NCBI GenBank assembly: GCA_030700025.1
Contig: JAUYKI010000006.1
Coordinates: 13,428-77,427, forward strand
DNA from: a bacterium
Lineage (GTDB): Bacteria > Patescibacteriota > Minisyncoccia > UBA6257 > 02-FULL-45-10c
Direction of reading: 5' to 3'
DNA: 64,000 nucleotides
In this document: in pieces, positions 58,428-64,000 of the stretch
Layout: every line of letters begins with the position of its first letter
Position numbering within the stretch: position 1 is the first letter of the stretch
Translations under genes and position numbers: made by a program
The notes under the pieces: model-generated
The model's database searches: none
What the model was told of the DNA's origin: nothing
The model's input: only the letters and a program-made list of their open reading frames with translations

Positions 58428-58498
58428 TTTTTCTCCTCCACGGTAAAGAACATCACCGTGACAGGATATTAGCATATCAATAGCTTGTTTGTCAAGTT

Positions 58499-58767
58499 GA
58501 ACCTATCCCTATAATATTTTCCACCGCGATATTAGTCAATTTTATTCAGAACTAGGCTATGAGGGCGAAGCTGTGGTTTTACCACGCTGAGTCCGAGTAA
58601 CGACGTTATGGATAAAATTGGCTATATCCCGTAGGGTTGCGGTCTAAATTGAAAATTTCGTTGTTCTGCCTCGGAGCTATAGCTTAGGCTATAAACCTCC
58701 TCGGCACGCCTAGAAATTTTCAATTTATCTTGACAACGCGGTTAGGAAATATTATAGGGATAGGTTC
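58499..58767. mobile_element. TIR-bounded unit (21-bp perfect arms) with nested hairpins
   Basis: gaacctatccctataatattt ... aaatattatagggataggttc. Confidence 0.6.
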
Positions 58768-60049
58768 TATGCTATACTTAAAAGTGTTGAGTTTTAATGG
58801 GATAAATACTCCACTTAACGGTATTCGCGGCCTATCCGGCAAGTTAGGCGGGGTTATACGGGGAGTACGGGATAGCTTTTCAAGCCTGATTTTTTCGGGA
58901 GATAAATACCTGGTAATTGAAGTTTTAGACCATCATTTACAAGTTACTTTTCTTAAAGCGGACTTAGCTCAAAAGAAAATCCGCGTAATTAAAAATTGGA
59001 ACCGCCCCCTTAAGCAATTCGATACCGCTATCGTTGTTAAAGACGTCGCGCGGATTTTTAAAAAAATCCGGAAGCCGTCTAAGTGCAATATAGTTCTTAA
59101 TTTAGATTCTAATTTAGCCACGACTATTTATTCTTCGGCGTCGCTGGTCCGTCAAAATCCCAGCGATACCATTGATGAGGCGGATATTGATAATTTAATT
59201 TCCCAAGCAGTTTGGAGATTTTTTGATCGGCAAAGAATGAAGGTGGCGCAAAAAATGGGAATAGACGATATTGATGTTTTATTGAGCGATGTCCGGATCC
59301 GCGGCATTAAGTTGGATGGCCACAAAGTAATCAATCCGATCGGCTTTGCGTCTAAGTCGGTAGAGTTTTATTTCAGCCAAACTTTTGTTCCGCGAGATTT
59401 TATCCGGGCGCTGCGCGAGGCAGTCCCGCTCAACCAAATAGTATTTATGGCGGAAGCGGGCACGGTCTTGGCTCACAATGCTCTGAATATCCTAAAAGAC
59501 GACCATCTTTTCTTGGTTAATCTATTTCCAAACCAAACTGTTTTGTATAAAGCCCAAGCTGGAAAGCTCGCTTACTTGGATAAATACCCCTGGGGGCAAA
59601 AGGATTTGCTCGCCTCTATGGAAAATCATTTACAGACCGATCCCGCGGTATCAGCCAGCGTTATAGATTTATATAATAAAAATACGGTTTCGCCGGTTTT
59701 TTCCCGCCGGCTGGAGAACATCCTGATTAAAGAAACCCAGCTTTTTTTAAACGGCTTGGAGGCGCTGGTAGACGAAAATCCGGCTAAAATTTACTTTAAT
59801 CCGTATTTCAATATTCCGGTTACGATTTTGAATTCCCGTTTTCAAAACCGGTCTTTAAAGAATTTAAAGATTTCCGAGTTATCCCAAGATTTGGTTTCCG
59901 ATAGTTTTGGTTTTGAGGTAAAATTGAATAAGTCTGTCCGGCTGGGAAATTCGCTGATGCTCCTGGCAATTTTATCGGAGATGGCCTCTTTGCCGAAAAA
60001 TGACAAATTAAGTTACCTGGCAAAAAGGCGAGTCCGCTGGCTATCATGA
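58730..60049 (+). CDS. FtsA/actin-fold-like protein (start uncertain, likely downstream of 58767)
   Basis: Weak similarity (IKLDGHKVINPIG) to CPR FtsA-like proteins found upstream of baseplate-J-like genes. Confidence 0.5.
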   Translation: MTTRLGNIIGIGSMLYLKVLSFNGINTPLNGIRGLSGKLGGVIRGVRDSFSSLIFSGDKYLVIEVLDHHLQVTFLKADLAQKKIRVIKNWNRPLKQFDTAIVVKDVARIFKKIRKPSKCNIVLNLDSNLATTIYSSASLVRQNPSDTIDEADIDNLISQAVWRFFDRQRMKVAQKMGIDDIDVLLSDVRIRGIKLDGHKVINPIGFASKSVEFYFSQTFVPRDFIRALREAVPLNQIVFMAEAGTVLAHNALNILKDDHLFLVNLFPNQTVLYKAQAGKLAYLDKYPWGQKDLLASMENHLQTDPAVSASVIDLYNKNTVSPVFSRRLENILIKETQLFLNGLEALVDENPAKIYFNPYFNIPVTILNSRFQNRSLKNLKISELSQDLVSDSFGFEVKLNKSVRLGNSLMLLAILSEMASLPKNDKLSYLAKRRVRWLS

Positions 60050-60149
60050 CAGTATGCGAATGCCTTAACGAATAGGCGCATACGAATAAATTTTATATTT
60101 GTATAATTAGTATGAATTCGTATATTAGTATTACATTACAGTAAAGCAT

Positions 60150-61730
60150 ATGACTAAAAAAATAACAGTTAATAAAAGCGACGAAGCGGCAATAATAGTG
60201 GAGAAAATTATAGAATCCGATGCTAAGGAGGTAATTTTGAGCATTCCGAGGTTTTCCCACTTAGCCGAATCTTTAAGCAATTTCCATCTTTTGAAACGGG
60301 AAGCTGAGACTTTGGGCAAGAAAGTTTTAATAGAGTCGGTAGACGACCGGGTAGTGGAGCTGGCCGCTCTTAGCGGCCTGAAAGCAGTTAATCCATTTTT
60401 TACCAAAAGTAAAAAACAATTTTCGGATATTGTTGCCCCTAGGGCCAAACAAAAATCCGAGGAATCCCAAAAAGCCCATTTTATTCCTTCTAGATTCGCG
60501 GTGGAATCTTTGGAAGAAAAGCCGCCGGCTCCCCGCCAGCGTTTAGGAATGAAATTATTCAGCCTGTCGAAATTCTGGCTTCCTAGTTTGTCGGTATTTC
60601 GGCGGGTTTCCTGGCAGTGGGTGCTAGCGGTAGTTATCATAACCGCGGTTTCTTGGGTTCTATTAAAAGAACTTCCCAGAGCGGATATTAATCTGGTAGT
60701 TCAAAAATCCGAGTGGTCTTATAATGATTCTATTTTGGCGGATAAATCGGCCAAGGTGGACCCTCAATCTTTAACAGTCCCAAGCCAAATTTTTACTCAG
60801 AAAAAAAACGCGGAAATGAGATTTCCGGCTACCGGAAAAAAACAAGTTGAAAGAAAGGCAATCGGAAAGATGGTTGTTTATAATAGCTATAGTTCCGAGG
60901 CCCAGCCATTAGTTGCCAACACTCGTTTCATATCTCCGGACGGAAAACTTTTTCGGCTGGTTAAGGGCATTGTTGTTCCGGGCGCTAAAATTATAGAAGG
61001 CCAAATAGTCCCTTCTAATATAGAAACTGATGTTGTCGCGGATCAGGCGGGCCCGGAATACAATATTGAACCGGTAAAACTTTTTACTATCCCAGGGTTT
61101 AAAGGAAGTCCTAAATATCAGGCGTTTTACGGAGAGTCAAAAGAATCCATGGCCGGAGGTTTTATCGGCGAAGTCGCGTATCCAACGCCGGATGATATTA
61201 AGTCTGCCAAAGCGCGCGTTGCCCAAGCATTGGGAGATGACTTGAAAGCCACGATTTTTTCCCAAATGCCGGAAGGATTCAAGATTTTAAATGAAGCAAC
61301 CAGTTTTAGCACGGTTAGCCAGACAGTTAAAGAAGAAGTAGACGGCGAAAATAATTTTTCTATTTTCTCGGAAGCGAAAATGACTGTAATTGGTTTTAAG
61401 GATAGTGATGTGCTGGACATTTTGAGGTTGCGCGCTCAAGAGGAGCGGGGGATGGAGTTTAAAATTCAGGCAAGTGATCTGAAATACGGCTTGGGCCGGG
61501 CCGATTTCCAGAGCGGAAAAATGAGCTTTTTGGTGGAGTTTAGGGCTAGTTTGTGGCACAGGGTAGATATTGAATCTTTAAAGAATCGGTCGGCTGGCCG
61601 CCCCGAAAATGATCTAAAGGCTATTATCTTCGCCCTGCCGGGAGTAGAAAGCGCCACGGTTTCTCTTTGGCCGTTCTGGGTAGGCAAGGTACCGGTGGAT
61701 TTGGGCAAAATCCGCATCACAGTTGACTAA
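60150..61730 (+). CDS. Membrane protein with baseplate-J/gp47-like domain
   Basis: AIGKMVVYN, LVANTRF, ADQAGPEYNI, MAGG, LWPFW...P. Confidence 0.65.
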   Translation: MTKKITVNKSDEAAIIVEKIIESDAKEVILSIPRFSHLAESLSNFHLLKREAETLGKKVLIESVDDRVVELAALSGLKAVNPFFTKSKKQFSDIVAPRAKQKSEESQKAHFIPSRFAVESLEEKPPAPRQRLGMKLFSLSKFWLPSLSVFRRVSWQWVLAVVIITAVSWVLLKELPRADINLVVQKSEWSYNDSILADKSAKVDPQSLTVPSQIFTQKKNAEMRFPATGKKQVERKAIGKMVVYNSYSSEAQPLVANTRFISPDGKLFRLVKGIVVPGAKIIEGQIVPSNIETDVVADQAGPEYNIEPVKLFTIPGFKGSPKYQAFYGESKESMAGGFIGEVAYPTPDDIKSAKARVAQALGDDLKATIFSQMPEGFKILNEATSFSTVSQTVKEEVDGENNFSIFSEAKMTVIGFKDSDVLDILRLRAQEERGMEFKIQASDLKYGLGRADFQSGKMSFLVEFRASLWHRVDIESLKNRSAGRPENDLKAIIFALPGVESATVSLWPFWVGKVPVDLGKIRITVD

Positions 61731-61773
61731 ACGAAATGACTATGATACACTTCTTTAATCTCGCCGTCTTGTT

Positions 61774-61992
61774 ATGACTGACTCGAAAAGCGTTAAAAAA
61801 ATAGAGGGCGTCGTCCAGGAGGCTTTGCCGGCCACAATGTTCAGGATCCTTAGCCATGAAGGCAAAGAAATCTTAGGGCATCTTTCCGGAAAAATGCGGA
61901 TTAATCATATTAAGATTTTGCCCGGCGACCGCGTTATAGTAGAAGTCAGCCCCTATGACGAGACAAAAGGAAGAATAGTAAGAAGGCATTAA
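61774..61992 (+). CDS. infA: Translation initiation factor IF-1
   Basis: EGVV.EALP..MF, HLSGKMR...IKILPGD.V.VE.SPYD. Confidence 0.97.
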   Translation: MTDSKSVKKIEGVVQEALPATMFRILSHEGKEILGHLSGKMRINHIKILPGDRVIVEVSPYDETKGRIVRRH

Positions 61993-61995
61993 ATT

Positions 61996-62109
61996 ATGCA
62001 AGTAAGCGCTTCAGTAAAAGCACGATGCAAAAATTGCAAGGTGGTCCGAAGGCGGGGCCGCGTTTATATTGTTTGCAAGACCGCTAAACATAAACAAAGG
62101 CAAGGATAG
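61996..62109 (+). CDS. rpmJ: 50S ribosomal protein L36
   Basis: Manually translated [37 protein letters not shown]. Confidence 0.96.
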   Translation: MQVSASVKARCKNCKVVRRRGRVYIVCKTAKHKQRQG

Positions 62110-62111
62110 AT

Positions 62112-62221
62112 TAAATTCAAAATTTAAAAATCAAAAGTCAAAATGACAAGTCAAAATTCAAAATTAAATAAATTTAAAATTTATCCGCCGCAGCGGATAC
62201 CTGATTTTTTCATTTAATTTT
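62112..62221. repeat. 7-nt-period hairpin array with central tatccgc..gcggata hairpin
   Basis: aattcaa/aaatcaa/aagtcaa units; twin of 48374-48484. Confidence 0.75.
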
Positions 62222-62605
62222 ATGCGTTTTTTAGGAATTAACATACCGGATAATAAGCGAGCAGAAATCTCGCTTACTTATATTTATGGCGTCGGCCGCA
62301 CGCTTTCCAAGAAAATTTTAGAAGCTACCAAGGTAGATATGAATAAACGCATGAAAGACGTGGAACCAACCGAATTAAACAAGATTAAGGAATTTATAGA
62401 AAAAAATTATAAAGTAGAGGGTGATTTGCGGCAGATCGTAAAACAAAATATTAAACTTATGCAGGAGTTAAAAACTTACCGGGGAAATCGGCACAGCCGG
62501 CGTTTGCCGGTCAGGGGACAAAGAACCAAAACTAATTCCCGGACGGTGCGCGGTAATGTTCGTAAGACCGCCGGCAGTGGAAAGAGATCCGTTGAGCTTA
62601 AATAG
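62222..62605 (+). CDS. rpsM: 30S ribosomal protein S13
   Basis: LTYIYGVG, YRG.RH..LPVRGQRTKTN. Confidence 0.98.
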   Translation: MRFLGINIPDNKRAEISLTYIYGVGRTLSKKILEATKVDMNKRMKDVEPTELNKIKEFIEKNYKVEGDLRQIVKQNIKLMQELKTYRGNRHSRRLPVRGQRTKTNSRTVRGNVRKTAGSGKRSVELK

Positions 62606-62624
62606 AATTATAATTTAAATAAGT

Positions 62625-63077
62625 ATGGGAAAGAAAAAAGTAGCGCAAAAGTCTCAAGACGAGATATCAAAAGAAGGAAAAAAGCCGGAAAATGCCGCGG
62701 TTAAAGCGGCGGGTAAAGAGGGCAGTAAAAAAGTAGACGTTGGCCGGGTTTATGTTAATGCCTCCTATAATAACACCATGATTTCAGTTACGGACGAAAA
62801 GGGCAATGTGCTGGCGTGGGCATCGGCAGGCGGATTGGGATTTTCCGGTCCGAAGAAAGCGACGCCTTTTGCCGCTTCTAAGATCATTGCTACTTTAGCG
62901 GAAAAGCTGCAAAAAACCGGCCCGTTGAATGTCCACGTTTTAGTGAATGGGGTGGGTGGAGGCCGGGACTCGGCCTTACGATCTATGGCTAATCAAGGAT
63001 TTAATATATTATCAGTACGGGACGTTACTCCGGTGCCGCACAATGGTCCAAGGGCGCCTAAGGTGAGGCGAGTGTAA
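62625..63077 (+). CDS. rpsK: 30S ribosomal protein S11
   Basis: ASYNNT, KKATPFAA, DVTPVPHNG. Confidence 0.98.
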   Translation: MGKKKVAQKSQDEISKEGKKPENAAVKAAGKEGSKKVDVGRVYVNASYNNTMISVTDEKGNVLAWASAGGLGFSGPKKATPFAASKIIATLAEKLQKTGPLNVHVLVNGVGGGRDSALRSMANQGFNILSVRDVTPVPHNGPRAPKVRRV

Positions 63078-63153
63078 CGAGCCGAACCGAGTACATAACG
63101 TCTTATGTGCTCGGTTCTTCAAAGAATTAATATTAATTTATTTAATCAACCGC

Positions 63154-63768
63154 ATGTTTGATACAAGAGAAAAAAGAGAACGATCATTGGGTGTGAAACT
63201 CTTCTTAAAAGGGGCGCGCTGCCTTTCGCCGAAATGCGCCACGGTTCGCCGGCCGAACCGCCCGGGCATTCACGGCAAGTCTCGCCGGAGAACTACTTCG
63301 GAATTCAGCCAACAGCTTAAAGAAAAACAAAAAATAAAGTTCAGCTATGGCTTAAGAGAAACGCAATTAAGAAATGTATTTGCCCGAGCCGCGAAAAATC
63401 CCGGCATTACCGGAAGCGTGCTTCTGCAGTCTTTAGAACGGCGTTTGGATAATGTAGTTTTCCGTTTAGGACTCGCGCCTTCCCGTTCGGTAGGCCGGCA
63501 ATTAGTAAGCCACGGCCATATTATGGTTAAGGGCCGGAAGGTTACCATTCCCTCGTATGCCGTAACTACTGGAGAAAAAATCAGCATTCGCCCGCAATCC
63601 AAGGACCACCCGGCATTTAAAGATTTGGCGGCTAACTTAAAAAAATATGAACCGCCAGTCTGGCTGAATCTAGATAAAGAGAAAATGGAAGGAACCGTTT
63701 TGTCTCTGCCGAAAGACTTGGAAATGTTATTTGACGTTAATATGGTCGTAGATTATTATTCAAAATAA
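63154..63768 (+). CDS. rpsD: 30S ribosomal protein S4
   Basis: QLKEKQK, LERRLDNVVFRLG, RQLVSHGH. Confidence 0.98.
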   Translation: MFDTREKRERSLGVKLFLKGARCLSPKCATVRRPNRPGIHGKSRRRTTSEFSQQLKEKQKIKFSYGLRETQLRNVFARAAKNPGITGSVLLQSLERRLDNVVFRLGLAPSRSVGRQLVSHGHIMVKGRKVTIPSYAVTTGEKISIRPQSKDHPAFKDLAANLKKYEPPVWLNLDKEKMEGTVLSLPKDLEMLFDVNMVVDYYSK

Positions 63769-63800
63769 AATAAATAACTCATAACAATTAATTAATAACT

Positions 63801-64000
63801 ATGGAATTTGCTTATTTAAGCGACTCAGTAAATTTAAAAAAGATTTCGGAAACTGACACAGAAGGCCTTTTTGAGATTGAGGGGCTTTATAGCGGTTACG
63901 GATTAACTATTGGCAATGCCTTGAGAAGGGCGCTGCTTTCTTCGTTGCCGGGCGCCGCGGTAACCCAGTATAAAATTAAGGGGGCTAACCATGAGTTCGT
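63801..64000 (+). CDS. rpoA: RNA polymerase alpha subunit (5' part, truncated by window)
   Basis: Manually translated ...[24 protein letters not shown]...HEF; follows rpsD. Confidence 0.95.
   Translation, partial: MEFAYLSDSVNLKKISETDTEGLFEIEGLYSGYGLTIGNALRRALLSSLPGAAVTQYKIKGANHEF

Noticed and set aside
60150-61730. Prophage inferred from the baseplate-J-like gene
   Set aside because: No other phage genes; embedded directly before infA in core context.
1-64000. Second DGR target or alternative genetic code
   Set aside because: No other VR-like copy was seen by eye in this window (remote targets elsewhere are not excluded); conserved genes read through intact in code 11, and the premature TGA in the target is explained by the 1-nt deletion.

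Overview
A 64-kb chromosomal segment that most resembles a Patescibacteria/CPR (Parcubacteria-like) genome. This is inferred from the short AlaRS and AspRS, core genes mostly lacking SD sequences, and the sigma4-HARE-HTH, DUF5667-like and FtsA-like + baseplate-J-like genes. The backbone is housekeeping: dnaB, cysS, corA, hrcA-grpE-dnaK-dnaJ with a perfect CIRCE, secDF, efp, mnmA, comEC, aspS, ndk, rpmB, dnaG-rpoD, alaS, infA-rpmJ-rpsM-rpsK-rpsD-rpoA, tRNA-Lys and tRNA-Pro. Stand-alone accessory genes are interspersed. Three highlights. (1) A complete diversity-generating retroelement (DGR; target/VR - TR - avd - RT, 25580-29286) with unusual features: avd lies antisense between TR and RT and is split from an upstream ATG by a G10 tract; every TR-to-VR substitution goes to G; the VR carries a 1-nt deletion; and the TR has its own promoter, a structured leader and a terminator-like hairpin. 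(2) A dense set of small palindromic elements: a 90-nt repeat in 6 copies with covarying stems, modules nested in each other's loops, TIR-bounded MITE-like units, 7-nt-period hairpin arrays, and in-frame insertions into proteins. (3) A ~330-nt highly structured non-coding unit upstream of comEC that I cannot assign to a known RNA class.
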